Shown: positions 20,688-30,577 of the stretch, piece by piece
Layout: every line of letters starts with the position of its first letter
Position numbering within the stretch: position 1 is the first letter of the stretch
Assembly (NCBI GenBank): GCA_963724295.1
Contig: CAVRUC010000013.1
Span: 160,001 to 224,000 of the forward strand
Origin: an uncultured Chloroflexia bacterium
GTDB lineage: Bacteria; Chloroflexota; Chloroflexia; Thermomicrobiales; UBA6265
Length of the DNA: 64,000 nt
Direction: 5' to 3'
The notes under the pieces: model-generated
Databases searched by the model: none
What the model was told of the DNA's origin: nothing
Seen by the model: the letters and a program-made list of their open reading frames with translations, nothing else
Translations under genes and position numbers: made by a program

Positions 20688-22115
20688 ATGCGTGAACGTA
20701 ATAGCTGGGACGGCGCCGATGCTGCCCAGATCGATGCCCTGTTCAAGGCGTACGACGTCCGAGGTTTGGCACCCGACGAGTTGACGCCGGAAATTGCCTA
20801 CGCGATTGGGCGAGCGCTGGTGGCGTCCTTGGAGCTGGACGAGGTGGCAGTCGGACGTGATATGCGGGTCTCAGGACCGGCGCTATCGGCGGCATTGATC
20901 GATGGGATCCGCGATCAGGGCGCCGATGTTACCGATATCGGCCTCGTCTCGACCGACGCCCTCTACTTCGTGGTCGGCAGGTTCGGCTATTCAGCCGGAG
21001 TGATGGTGACAGCCTCGCACAACCCGGCCAAGTACAACGGTCTCAAGATCTGCCGAGAGGACGCACGTGCCCTTTCCCTCTCTACCGGCTTAGCCGAGAT
21101 TCGTGACTTGATGCTGCAGGCGCATCTGCCGATCCTGAATGGACGGCGTGGCGCGCTCAAGCGGCAAGATATGCTTGATGCGTACGTTGACCACGTGCTC
21201 GGGCTGGTGGACGTCGCGAAGATCAAGCCGTTGAAGATTGCTGTCGATGCCGGCAATGGGATGGCAGGGCTGACTACTCCCCAGATCTTCAGACATCTCC
21301 CCTGCACGATTGTTCCGCTCTATTTCGAACTCGACGGCACGTTCCCGAATCACGAGGCCAATCCACTCGAGCCCGAGAACGTCGAGGAGCTGCAGCAGGT
21401 GGTGCTGCGGGAAAGGTGCGACCTGGGGGTCGCCTTCGACGGTGATGCCGACCGAATGTTCCTGATCGACGAGCGTGGACGGTTCATTAGTGGCGACATG
21501 GTTACGGCGATCGTCGCGGCGAAGATGCTCGAGCGCGACCCCGGCGCCGCGGTCGTCTACAACCTGATCTGCTCGCGCGCGGTACCCGAGGCCATTGTCC
21601 GGCTCGGCGGGCGACCCATCCGCTCCCGCGTGGGTCACTCCTACATCAAGGAGACGATGCGAGCCGAGGATGCCGTCTTTGGTGGCGAGCACTCTGGCCA
21701 CTTCTACTTCCGGGACAACTGGTACGCCGATTCGGGCATGATCGCATTACTGACCGTGCTCGAGCTCCTCTCTGAGGCGGACCGTCCGCTGTCGGAGCTC
21801 CTGCGACCCTTGGACCAATACGTCCGGTCGGGTGAGATCAACTCAGATGTCGTCGATCCGGCCGCAACGATGCACGCTGTTGAGGCATTCTATGAGGGCT
21901 CGGCGTCGACGATTGATCACTTGGATGGCGTAACGATCCAGTTTTCCGACTGGTGGTTCAATCTCCGGCCGTCCAATACGCAGCCCCTGCTGCGCTTGAA
22001 TGTGGAGGCGGACGATCCTGAGACTCTGAACAGCAAGGCCAAGGAGGTCCTACGCCTGATCCGGTCGATGCCCGACTCAACCCCTCTCGTCCACCAGACA
22101 ACCGCTATTGCGTAG
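20688..22115 (+). CDS. manB: Phosphomannomutase/phosphoglucomutase
   Basis: FKAYDVRG, TASHNP (catalytic Ser), FDGDADR, GGEHSGH, LRPSNTQPLLRLNVE. Confidence 0.95.
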   Translation: MRERNSWDGADAAQIDALFKAYDVRGLAPDELTPEIAYAIGRALVASLELDEVAVGRDMRVSGPALSAALIDGIRDQGADVTDIGLVSTDALYFVVGRFGYSAGVMVTASHNPAKYNGLKICREDARALSLSTGLAEIRDLMLQAHLPILNGRRGALKRQDMLDAYVDHVLGLVDVAKIKPLKIAVDAGNGMAGLTTPQIFRHLPCTIVPLYFELDGTFPNHEANPLEPENVEELQQVVLRERCDLGVAFDGDADRMFLIDERGRFISGDMVTAIVAAKMLERDPGAAVVYNLICSRAVPEAIVRLGGRPIRSRVGHSYIKETMRAEDAVFGGEHSGHFYFRDNWYADSGMIALLTVLELLSEADRPLSELLRPLDQYVRSGEINSDVVDPAATMHAVEAFYEGSASTIDHLDGVTIQFSDWWFNLRPSNTQPLLRLNVEADDPETLNSKAKEVLRLIRSMPDSTPLVHQTTAIA

Positions 22116-22199
22116 TGCTGACGAGGGAGCGCCGTACTCGCCGAAGTCTCGGAGCTTGACCCCTCACGACAAGCTCGACGGATGCGTTGCAGGATTCGG

Positions 22200-22326
22200 C
22201 AGCGCCTATTCCAGGCGGATCGAACCCCGCTTGCAGACGATCCGCAAGCTCGCGGCCGCCTTGCGAGTCGAGCCGCTGGAGATCGATGAGTTTCGGAAAG
22301 CCATTGAGGTAAAAGTGGCCGCCTAG
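22200..22326 (+). pseudogene. C-terminal fragment of an XRE-family HTH protein
   Basis: EPRLQTIRKLAAALRVEPLEIDEF matches the last helices of an XRE HTH; no intact N-terminal half. Confidence 0.5.
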
Positions 22327-22370
22327 GGAGTGCCTAGGCGGCGCCGCGCAGCCGGTGAGTCAAGCACCGG

Positions 22371-23954
22371 ATGCACCGGTGGAAGTCTCGCATGATCGCT
22401 CCCGCTGATCGACCAAAGCGTGTCGCCATCTACTGCCGGGTCAGCAGCGCGGGGCAGCGCGAAAACTACAGCCTTGGTTCACAAGAAGACCTTTGCCGCC
22501 GGTATGCGGCGAGCCAGTCTTGGACTGTGGTGCACGTTGAGAGTGAACAGCACAATGGGTCCGATTTATACGACCGGGAAGGCCTGCAACGGGCGCTGAC
22601 TCTGATCGCAGACGGGGGCGCGGATGTGCTGCTCGCGCTGGCGACAGACCGGCTATCGCGTGAGCAGCTGCACATCGCCGTGATCCTCGATCGCGTGCTA
22701 CGCATGGGAGCATCGCTGCAGTTCGTCCATGAGGATTTTGAGAACAGCGAAGTCGGCAAATTCATTCTCTCGGCGCGGACTTTCGCCGCAGAGATGCACC
22801 TTGCGAAAATTCGGGAGGCGACCCAGCGAGGGCGGCGGGAACGCGTTGCGAGCGGCAAGCCCCTCGCTGGGAATCGACCTTCCTACGGTTACCGCTGGGC
22901 CGATCTTGGCAAGTCGCACCTCGAGCTAGAGCCGGTCAATGCCGCCGTCGTGCGCAGCATCTTCGACATGGCGCTCGAAGGCCGCCCCTTGCGAAGCATC
23001 GTCGCCAGCCTGTACGAGCGTCACATCCCCAGTCCTACTGGGAACCCGCGCTGGACACCGGCAGTGATTCGCGACCTTCTGATTCGCCCTGTCTATGCTG
23101 GACAAGCCGTAGGGTACGCGACACGCTCGGACCGGCAGCCCGGTGGGGGATACATTCGGCGACCAAGCAGCGGCGAGGAGCGGGTACCGCTGCCGGGGAT
23201 CGCGCCAGCCATCGTGACTCCGCATGAAGCGGCGACGGTGGCGCAGCGGTTGGCGACGAACAAGGCTCAAGCAACCCGCAATAACCGTAATCCTGAGGCG
23301 GCTCTCCTACGCGCCGGGTTCGTGAAGTGTGGCCACTGCGGCTGGGCAATGAGCGTCCGAAACTCTCCTGGGGGCGAATCGAACCGCTCCGCGTCCTACC
23401 GCTGCACGTCCCGCACACAACGAGGCCACGATTGCCCGCAGCCCCAGATTGCAACGAGCTTGCTGGACAATGCCGTGTGGGCGGAGGTAGCCGAAGTACT
23501 CCGCAATCCCCAGATTATCGCGCTTGAGGTCGCCCGACACCGGCAGGACGGGGGGCTAGAGCGTGCCCGTGCGGCGGTGGAAAAGCAGATAGCAAGTCTG
23601 GCTGACAAGCAGGCGCGCATCGCAAAGCGGGTAGCCGACATCGAGGACGATGCTGTGGCAGCCCCCCTGGTCGCGGAGCTGCGATCGCTTGCTGGTCGCA
23701 AGACGGCGGCTGAGCAGGAACTACTCTCAACGGAGCAGCGCATCGCCGATCGCACCGCTGAGGATGCAAGAGTACGGAGCCTCACCGCATGGTGTCAGCG
23801 TGTGGGTGCGAACCTGGACCGCCTCAACTACACCGAGCGGCGGCTAGCGCTGGAAGCTTTGGGGGTGCAGGTTCGAATTTACAGCAATCGGATTCCTGAT
23901 GAAAATGGAGATTCTTACTCCCGCTGGATCGTAACGCTTGGCTCAATGGAGTGA
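22371..23954 (+). CDS. Large serine recombinase (resolvase, recombinase and zinc-ribbon domains)
   Basis: AIYCRVSS..Q..SL..Q, DRLSR, PSYGY, CGHCG...YRC...C zinc ribbon, coiled coil. Confidence 0.93.
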   Translation: MHRWKSRMIAPADRPKRVAIYCRVSSAGQRENYSLGSQEDLCRRYAASQSWTVVHVESEQHNGSDLYDREGLQRALTLIADGGADVLLALATDRLSREQLHIAVILDRVLRMGASLQFVHEDFENSEVGKFILSARTFAAEMHLAKIREATQRGRRERVASGKPLAGNRPSYGYRWADLGKSHLELEPVNAAVVRSIFDMALEGRPLRSIVASLYERHIPSPTGNPRWTPAVIRDLLIRPVYAGQAVGYATRSDRQPGGGYIRRPSSGEERVPLPGIAPAIVTPHEAATVAQRLATNKAQATRNNRNPEAALLRAGFVKCGHCGWAMSVRNSPGGESNRSASYRCTSRTQRGHDCPQPQIATSLLDNAVWAEVAEVLRNPQIIALEVARHRQDGGLERARAAVEKQIASLADKQARIAKRVADIEDDAVAAPLVAELRSLAGRKTAAEQELLSTEQRIADRTAEDARVRSLTAWCQRVGANLDRLNYTERRLALEALGVQVRIYSNRIPDENGDSYSRWIVTLGSME

Positions 23955-25258
23955 TCCAACTCGCCATCATCGCCGACGACCTGACCGGCGCCGCCGACAC
24001 CGGGGCCTGTTTTGCCAGTCAGGGATTTACCACGGTCATCCCTCTCTCAGGCACCGGGATTCCGGACGCAGACATTGTTGTGCTCTCCACGGACAGCCGT
24101 GACATGAGCCCCAGCGACGCGGCTCAGGCTGTGAATGCCGCTCTGGCAAGAGTGATTTCCAAGAGTCGCGGCGGCTCCGAACGGGGATCGGACGTAAATT
24201 GTGTTTTGTTCTACAAGAAGATCGACTCCGCGCTTCGCGGTCACCCTCGAGACGAACTGTTCGCGGCGATGGAAGCGATCGGCGCCAGACGCGCGGTCGT
24301 TGCACCCGCATTTCCCGCCGAAGGGCGAACGACGATCGGTGGCCGGCAGCATATCGATGGGGTCCCTGTGGAATCGAGCGGAATTGGTGGAGCCGGCGCC
24401 GTCTCCGACCTGTTATCCCTCTTCGCGAGAGACCAGGGCGCGCCCGTTCGTCTCCTCGATCTGGCAACGCTTCGCGGCCGGCCAGACGCCCTCCGGCGTC
24501 TCCTGCACGACGACCCCGACGGGATCGTGGTCGCCGACGCCGAGACGGACGACGATCTGTTGACGCTTGGCCGCGCGGTGGCCGGTGGGCAGTTGCCTCT
24601 TTTTTGCGGCTCGGCCGGATTTGCCCGTCAGCTGGCCCGTGCGCTGCCGCTGACCCGCAACACGCGTCCGCGATCGGAGGTGGTGCGCGAATCCGGGCCG
24701 ATCCTGATCGTCGCCGGCAGTCAGCATGAGGCGACCGCGCGACAGATCCAGGTGTTGCGTGAGTCGGGTGTGCCAGTCGTCCGCCCGGGGCAGAACTTGA
24801 TCGACGACCCGGCAACACCGGTCGACGCCGCCGTCGTTCAGGTCGCCACGCACCTCGCCGCCGGTCGCTCGATGGTGCTGACCACCCTGGGATTGACTCC
24901 GTGCCCTCTGGGAGGACACGCCGTCGCCGCCCGCCTGGCTCAGATCGTCGCCGCCCCGGAGGTAAGCAGTCAGGTAGCAGGGCTGGCGCTGACTGGCGGC
25001 GATATTGCGGCGGCGGTCATTACGGCGCTGGGCGCGAAGGCACTCTGGCTCGAAGGTGAGATTACCCCAGGCTTACCGCGAGGGGTGCTCGAGGGAGGTC
25101 GCCTCCATGGCAGGCGTATCGCAACCAAGGCGGGGAGCTTTGGCGACGACAACGCCCTGCTCTCCTGCATCGACCACCTCGCGGGCGAGGCAATGCCCGG
25201 GCAAGGGCACCAGATTCGCGTCACGGAAGACTGTGATTGCGAACGCCTGAAGTGTTGA
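23951..25258 (+). CDS. Four-carbon acid sugar kinase family protein (DUF1537, DtnK/OtnK-like)
   Basis: IADDLTGAADT, YKKIDSALRG, PAFPAEGR, GSAG, LTGGD, TKAGSFG. Confidence 0.9.
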   Translation: MIQLAIIADDLTGAADTGACFASQGFTTVIPLSGTGIPDADIVVLSTDSRDMSPSDAAQAVNAALARVISKSRGGSERGSDVNCVLFYKKIDSALRGHPRDELFAAMEAIGARRAVVAPAFPAEGRTTIGGRQHIDGVPVESSGIGGAGAVSDLLSLFARDQGAPVRLLDLATLRGRPDALRRLLHDDPDGIVVADAETDDDLLTLGRAVAGGQLPLFCGSAGFARQLARALPLTRNTRPRSEVVRESGPILIVAGSQHEATARQIQVLRESGVPVVRPGQNLIDDPATPVDAAVVQVATHLAAGRSMVLTTLGLTPCPLGGHAVAARLAQIVAAPEVSSQVAGLALTGGDIAAAVITALGAKALWLEGEITPGLPRGVLEGGRLHGRRIATKAGSFGDDNALLSCIDHLAGEAMPGQGHQIRVTEDCDCERLKC

Positions 25259-25687
25259 GGTCATAGGCGGTCCGATATGTCGCGCATTGTCTCGAAAGGG
25301 TCTTGCCAAAACCGCATCTGACCACTAGGATCGTAGGCAGATGGGCGGGACGAATGAGTGATCGTCCTGCATTCCGTGAGAGGGTGCGGACCGCAGCCGC
25401 GCTTTCCGATACAACCTGGAAAGGGCATGGTGACAATGCGCGCGCCGATCCGCCCCGAGGATCGTACCCCGCCAGTCAGCCGCGTTATCGCCGAGGCGCT
25501 CGTGCGCCGGCAAGGACCGAGCCGCATCGTTACCCGTGCCACGCGTCTTGGGCTTTCTCCCGTGCTAACCCGCGCTGTCGTCGTCGCCTGCGCTGCCTCC
25601 GCGCTCGATAGCGACGGGATCGTGGCCAGGCAGCGTTCGGCAGAGTAAAGCCAACGCTCAACACGACAATCACTGCGCAACATCCCG

Positions 25688-25717
25688 TTGACGTGGTCGC
25701 AAGTCCGGTGCTATAGT
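25688..25717 (+). promoter_or_regulatory. Putative sigma70 promoter of the rpsP operon
   Basis: TTGACG-N18-TATAGT with an extended -10 TG. Confidence 0.55.
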
Positions 25718-25886
25718 CGGGCGTTCTTTTCGCTCTGGCGTTGGAACAACTGGGCATATTTACCATGCCCGCGGTCGCTCGTGAGAACTGGCATCCTTTG
25801 CTGGTACACACGTCGATAGTCGCGCGACCGCGTGACGAACTGCCTGCGGTTGCGGGTGAACGTGAGTGAAGAGGGAGTAATTCCGC

Positions 25887-26141
25887 GTGGTGAAACTTCG
25901 TCTGCGGCGAATGGGCGCCAAGAAACGGCCCAGCTACCGCATCGTCGCCGCCGACAGCCGCTCGCCTCGTGATGGGGCCTTTATCGAGTCTGTCGGTTTC
26001 TACGATCCCATCACCGACCCGGCCACGATCAACGTCAATCTCGATCGGGCGCGGCATTGGATCGACAACGGGGCCCAGCCGACCGACACGGTGCGCTCGA
26101 TTCTGAAGCGGGCCGGTGTTTATGCTGAGGCGGCCGAGTAG
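25887..26141 (+). CDS. rpsP: 30S ribosomal protein S16
   Basis: [34 protein letters not shown]. Confidence 0.98.
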   Translation: MVKLRLRRMGAKKRPSYRIVAADSRSPRDGAFIESVGFYDPITDPATINVNLDRARHWIDNGAQPTDTVRSILKRAGVYAEAAE

Positions 26142-26293
26142 CACAGAGGCAGACCGGGGCCGTCGCTCGGCGACGCCGCGACTGATCGGTCCCTGAAGAG
26201 CAAGATGCGAGAGGCGGCCTCGATCGGTCGCCTCTCGTCACATCGGCCCTGGCACGAAGAGCGGCGTATTCGGCTATCCCAGGAGCAGCGAGC

Positions 26294-26686
26294 ATGCGTG
26301 TCGACAATAACGATGGTGATCCCAGCCTGGAACCTCTCATTGATCCGACATCCGCAGCGGGATATGACGACGACTATGAAGAGGAAAATGAGGGCGAAGC
26401 CGAGTATGAGGAAGATGCCGCCCTTTACGCCCCCACGACGGATGCCGCCGAGCGTCTCCGTGGGCTCGTCACCTATCTCGCCACGAACCTTGTCGATGAC
26501 CCGGAGAGTGTCGAGGTGGAGGCCCGCCAACGCGGTGGTAGCGTCTTCATCAGCCTGCGAGTTCCGGAAGAGGAGCTGGGGAAAGTCATCGGCCGCGGCG
26601 GCCGCATCGCTCGCGCCATGCGCACAGCCCTCATGATCGCCGGATCTCGGAACAACGTCCGTGCCTCGCTCGACATCGAAGACTGA
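26294..26686 (+). CDS. khpA: KH-domain RNA-binding protein with acidic N-terminal extension
   Basis: LVDDPESV...ELGKVIGRGGRIARAMRT; canonical position between rpsP and rimM. Confidence 0.9.
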   Translation: MRVDNNDGDPSLEPLIDPTSAAGYDDDYEEENEGEAEYEEDAALYAPTTDAAERLRGLVTYLATNLVDDPESVEVEARQRGGSVFISLRVPEEELGKVIGRGGRIARAMRTALMIAGSRNNVRASLDIED

Positions 26687-27392
26687 GCGTCCTCAGCGGC
26701 GCCGCACCCAACCCCAACCACCGCCGCCGGACGTGAACGGCCCGGTCATCCCGATTCCTCAACTCGACGCCAGTGGCCCACAACCTACCTCGCGACCTCG
26801 CCAGCGGCAACGATCTCCTGACTCCCGGCAGCGGACCCCGCCGCGTCTCTCCGAGACGGCCGGTCCAGACCCTGGCGCCCCGCCCGATCAGGTCCGCCTG
26901 ATCATCGGCACGATTCTCGCCCCACATGGGGTGCGCGGAGAGTTCAAGGTCCGCTTACAGACCGATGATCCGGCGCATCTGCTGACGATCAAGCGCCTCT
27001 ATCTCGGCGATGAGGCGACTCCGCGCACGGTGCTCGGCGCGCGGCTGCATGCCGGCAACGCGCTGATCCGGCTGCAGGGCATTTCGACTCCCGAGACCGT
27101 CGAGCGGTTCCGCGGCACGCCTTTGCGGATCCGCGGCACCGATGCCCGCCCCCTGGCCGCGAACGAGTACTTTCTTTATCAGATCATCGGCCTCGAGGTC
27201 TACGATGAGAGCGGGAACCGGCTCGGCCAGGTTACTGACCTCATGGAGACCGGAGCCAACCATGTGCTCATCGTCGCACCGGATGACGGCGGCGCAGACA
27301 TCCTGCTCCCCAGCCACCCGGACGTGATCATTGCCATGGATCCCGCGGCCGGACGCATCGTGGTGCGCCCGCTCACCTATTACGGCGAGTAG
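26661..27392 (+). CDS. rimM: Ribosome maturation factor RimM with Pro-rich N-terminal extension
   Basis: IGTILAPHGVRGEFKV, YFLYQIIGLEV, ETGANHVL; true start uncertain. Confidence 0.93.
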   Translation: MPRSTSKTERPQRRRTQPQPPPPDVNGPVIPIPQLDASGPQPTSRPRQRQRSPDSRQRTPPRLSETAGPDPGAPPDQVRLIIGTILAPHGVRGEFKVRLQTDDPAHLLTIKRLYLGDEATPRTVLGARLHAGNALIRLQGISTPETVERFRGTPLRIRGTDARPLAANEYFLYQIIGLEVYDESGNRLGQVTDLMETGANHVLIVAPDDGGADILLPSHPDVIIAMDPAAGRIVVRPLTYYGE

Positions 27393-27430
27393 CGAGAAGC
27401 TTCTCGCGAGAAAGGGAGCGCGGGTCCGCC

Positions 27431-27904
27431 ATGGTCCTCGACGTCGCGCTCGAGCCTGCCGATAGTGCGAGCGGTGGCAGGTGTACCTTCTGCGCCATCG
27501 TCCGTGGCGAGGCGCCTGCCGAGATCGTCCTCGACGATCCAGCGGGCATCGCCTTCCTCGATCGACGGCCGCTCCTGCCCGGTCACGTGCTGCTCGTGCC
27601 CCGGCAGCATGTCGCGACCCTTCCCGATCTGCCCGTCGCCGATGTGGGACCACTCTTCGCCCTCGCGCGATGTCTGACACGCGCCGTGCCTCAGGCCACT
27701 GGCAGCGACGGCTCATTCATGGCGATCAACAATGTCGTCAGCCAGAGCGTGCCACACCTTCATCTCCATATCGTGCCGCGTCGCCATGACGATCGCCTCT
27801 TCAGCCGCAACCTTGCCTGGACGCGCCACCCATACCGTGACGCCGATCACATGCATCAGGTCGCGGCGGCGATCCGCGCCGCCCTGGGCGACGAGCCGCT
27901 CTAG
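27431..27904 (+). CDS. HIT family hydrolase
   Basis: CTFCAI, PGHVLLVP, QSVPHLHLHIVPR. Confidence 0.92.
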   Translation: MVLDVALEPADSASGGRCTFCAIVRGEAPAEIVLDDPAGIAFLDRRPLLPGHVLLVPRQHVATLPDLPVADVGPLFALARCLTRAVPQATGSDGSFMAINNVVSQSVPHLHLHIVPRRHDDRLFSRNLAWTRHPYRDADHMHQVAAAIRAALGDEPL

Positions 27905-27907
27905 CGA

Positions 27908-28723
27908 TCAATCCACGCCAATCCGCGCGATCGTCCGCAGCACCAGATCGGCCGCCCGCCGCCCAATCTCCGCGGCAGGAAGGACGCTGATGTCTCCTTC
28001 GAGGTCGGTGAGAGCGTGGAACTCGTTATTGGAGATGTCCTTAACCGTCATGAAGGGCACGCCGTGTCGCCCGCAGACCTGAGCGATAGCCGCGGCCTCC
28101 ATGTCTTCGCAGAGGGAGCCGTGACGGGCATGGAGGCTGTCGATGCGCTCGTGGAACTGCGTCCAGATGTCGGCCGAGGCGACCCGCCCGACGTGCGTCC
28201 GCGGCGGGCGCTGTTCGATCTCCGGTGGCAGGTTGAGGCCTTGCGGCCATGGCTCGGGTGTCCATCCCTCCGCCGCGGCGATGGCGAGATCGCGTAACCC
28301 GGGGTCAGTCGCGAGCTCGGTCGAGGCGACGACCTCGCCAGTCACCTCATAGTCCTTACCGGGAAAGAACTCTTCGCCACTGGCCAGGATGTGGACCGCG
28401 CCGTGGTGAATGGTGCCGTCACCGATGATCACGTCGCCGGGCAGGATGTCGCGACGGTGCGCCCCCGCGCAGCCAAAGTTGAGGATGGCGCGGGGTGCGT
28501 AGCGCCCGATGAGGTGCTCGGTCCCGGCCGCGGCGTTGACCATCCCGATGCCGCAGCATAACGCGATCAGCGGCACGTTCCCCGCGCTCACGAAGCGGTC
28601 GAGCCAGGGACCATCCCGTATCTCGCGCGCGGGCGTCACTCGATGCAACAGGTGCTGCAGCTCCGATTCCATCGCCACCACAACGCCGATCGGCGAGGCG
28701 TCTGGTGTCGCATTCACCGCCAT
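27908..28723 (-). CDS. mtnN: 5'-methylthioadenosine/S-adenosylhomocysteine nucleosidase family
   Basis: VVAMESEL, GIGMVNAA, NFGCAG, EDMEAAAIAQVC, VKDISN. Confidence 0.8.
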   Translation of the reverse strand: MAVNATPDASPIGVVVAMESELQHLLHRVTPAREIRDGPWLDRFVSAGNVPLIALCCGIGMVNAAAGTEHLIGRYAPRAILNFGCAGAHRRDILPGDVIIGDGTIHHGAVHILASGEEFFPGKDYEVTGEVVASTELATDPGLRDLAIAAAEGWTPEPWPQGLNLPPEIEQRPPRTHVGRVASADIWTQFHERIDSLHARHGSLCEDMEAAAIAQVCGRHGVPFMTVKDISNNEFHALTDLEGDISVLPAAEIGRRAADLVLRTIARIGVD

Positions 28724-28747
28724 GGTGTTCCTCCGCACTTTTCAGGT

Positions 28748-29170
28748 CTACCGATTGAGCGCCAGTGCCACACTTGCGCCGAGAATGGCCAGCACGATCA
28801 GGCAGAGCAGCGCGTAGCGCCGATCGCCCAGTCGCCAGAAGGTGGCGGCCACGACGATCACGGTCGCCACCGGAGTCAGCATGAACCAGAGGATGGCGAG
28901 GTCGATGATGCCAGAGGCATACCCGGCGCGGACCGTTGCCACAACGTCTGAAATTGGGTCGGCTTCACGCCCGAGCGGCTCGCGCTTGACCAGCGCCACG
29001 ACGATACCCAGCGCCAAAAGCGCCGCCCCAAGGCGAAATCCCCAGAACAACGTCTTCACCGCCGCGTCGTAGAGCGGTGCCAGCCGCTCGGTGCGGGCCG
29101 CTAGTTCGGACGTGCCCGGCGCCACGCCTCGCGCGCGCTCTGATTCGCCGGTCACGTGTTCGTCGCTCAT
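28748..29170 (-). CDS. DUF1634-like membrane protein
   Basis: Three TM helices; LAILWFMLTPV...GDRRY; follows a TauE gene with 4-nt overlap, the usual pairing. Confidence 0.7.
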   Translation of the reverse strand: MSDEHVTGESERARGVAPGTSELAARTERLAPLYDAAVKTLFWGFRLGAALLALGIVVALVKREPLGREADPISDVVATVRAGYASGIIDLAILWFMLTPVATVIVVAATFWRLGDRRYALLCLIVLAILGASVALALNR

Positions 29171-30015
29171 GACTGTCCTGGCATCTCGATGCCGAAGGCA
29201 CGGAGCAGGAGCGAAAGCCCGAGGTAGAGCAGGATGATCGCGAAGAGGAGGGCAAGTCGTTGCGCCTTGATGCGACGGGTCAGGCGCGACCCGATCTGCC
29301 CTCCTAGGAAGACGCCAATGATCGCCGGGACGACGAGCGTCGGGTCGATATACCCTCGCGAGTAGAAGACGAACGCGGTGGCGACCGAGGTCATACCGAC
29401 CATGAAGGTCGAAGTTCCGACGGCCGCCTTCACGGGGACACGCATGAGCAGGTTCATCGCCGGCACCATCACCACGCCGCCACCGACGCCGAGCATCCCG
29501 GAGATCACGCCCGCTCCGACCCCAACACCCATCCCCCATCCCACATTGATGGGAATGTAGCCGACCTCCTGCCTGATGGCCGGATCGCGGAATGCCGCTC
29601 CCAGCCGGAGCGTGTCGGGGGCGCCAGGGGGCGGAGCGGTCACCTGGCGCTCGCTTCGGACGACCATCGAGACCGCGGCGTAGACCAGGACCGCGCCGAA
29701 GACCATGTAGATGACCCGCGGGTCAGCGAGCACGCCGTAGAGCGCACCGGCGATAGCGCCGGTCGCCGTGGCAATCTGGAGCAGCATCGCCAGCCGGGGA
29801 TTCGTGAAGCGGATGCGCAGGTGGTTGGTCGACCCGACCACCGAGTTGGTCACCACCACGACCGCGCTGGCGCCAACCGCGAACTTGGGGTCGATCCCGA
29901 AAAAGAGAGTCAGGATCGGGACGAGAAAAACGCCTCCGCCCAACCCGAGCATCGAACCGAGAATGGCGGCGACTGCCGCCACCGCACCGATCTCGAGTGA
30001 GTAGACGATATCCAA
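29167..30015 (-). CDS. TauE/SafE sulfite exporter family membrane protein
   Basis: GSMLGLGGGVFLVP, SGMLGVGGG..VP, KAAVGTS. Confidence 0.9.
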   Translation of the reverse strand: MDIVYSLEIGAVAAVAAILGSMLGLGGGVFLVPILTLFFGIDPKFAVGASAVVVVTNSVVGSTNHLRIRFTNPRLAMLLQIATATGAIAGALYGVLADPRVIYMVFGAVLVYAAVSMVVRSERQVTAPPPGAPDTLRLGAAFRDPAIRQEVGYIPINVGWGMGVGVGAGVISGMLGVGGGVVMVPAMNLLMRVPVKAAVGTSTFMVGMTSVATAFVFYSRGYIDPTLVVPAIIGVFLGGQIGSRLTRRIKAQRLALLFAIILLYLGLSLLLRAFGIEMPGQS

Positions 30016-30060
30016 TCCGGCCTCCCGGACGGCAGCCGCCCGGCGCCGAATCCCTGTACC

Positions 30061-30334
30061 TTATAGCATCGGTCCGGTCGGCGGTTCAGTCTGGTCGCGG
30101 CGAGAGATCGTGTGCCAACCCCGCTTGCCGCAATTGGAGCACCGGCCCCAGGTCAGCTTGCTTCCCGCCGCCTTCCAGCGGATGCCGCCCAACTCCCAGA
30201 TCGATCGTTCGAAGCCGCAGGATCGGCAGCACACCATCCACGCGCGACTCAGCCTCCATCGAGGTGACCAAGGAGCGCGGAGCGAGTTTGGTGATCAGTC
30301 GCTGAGTCCTGCTCAAACCCACGCGGTCACTCAC
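30061..30334 (-). CDS. Small CxxC/CxxC zinc-ribbon protein, not in the ORF track, frameshift near 30241
   Basis: Joining frames across a cgcgcg run gives MSDRVGLSRTQRLITKLAPRSLVTSMEAESR(A)WMVCCRSCGFERSIWELGGIRWKAAGSKLTWGRCSNCGKRGWH...*. Confidence 0.6.
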
Positions 30335-30577
30335 TTCATGCTCTGTTGACGAGACGGACAACGAGGTCAGGCGAGACGGATGTGTTCGATTGTAGCGCTC
30401 GAGCGTTCTCCGCTGGATCGGCCACGGTCGCGCGAAGGACGAAGACACGCCATTCGACGGACATGGCTCGCTAGCACTCCTGGCACGCACGAAGCGGGCG
30501 AACTGGACGCGTTCTTCGCGCCGGTGCGACACTCGTCTCGCGCCGGCCACTCGGTCCGCGCGATGAAAGCCAAAGAG

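Noticed and set aside
22371..23954. Prophage
   Set aside because: No structural, replication or lysis genes nearby, and I could not identify att repeats by eye.
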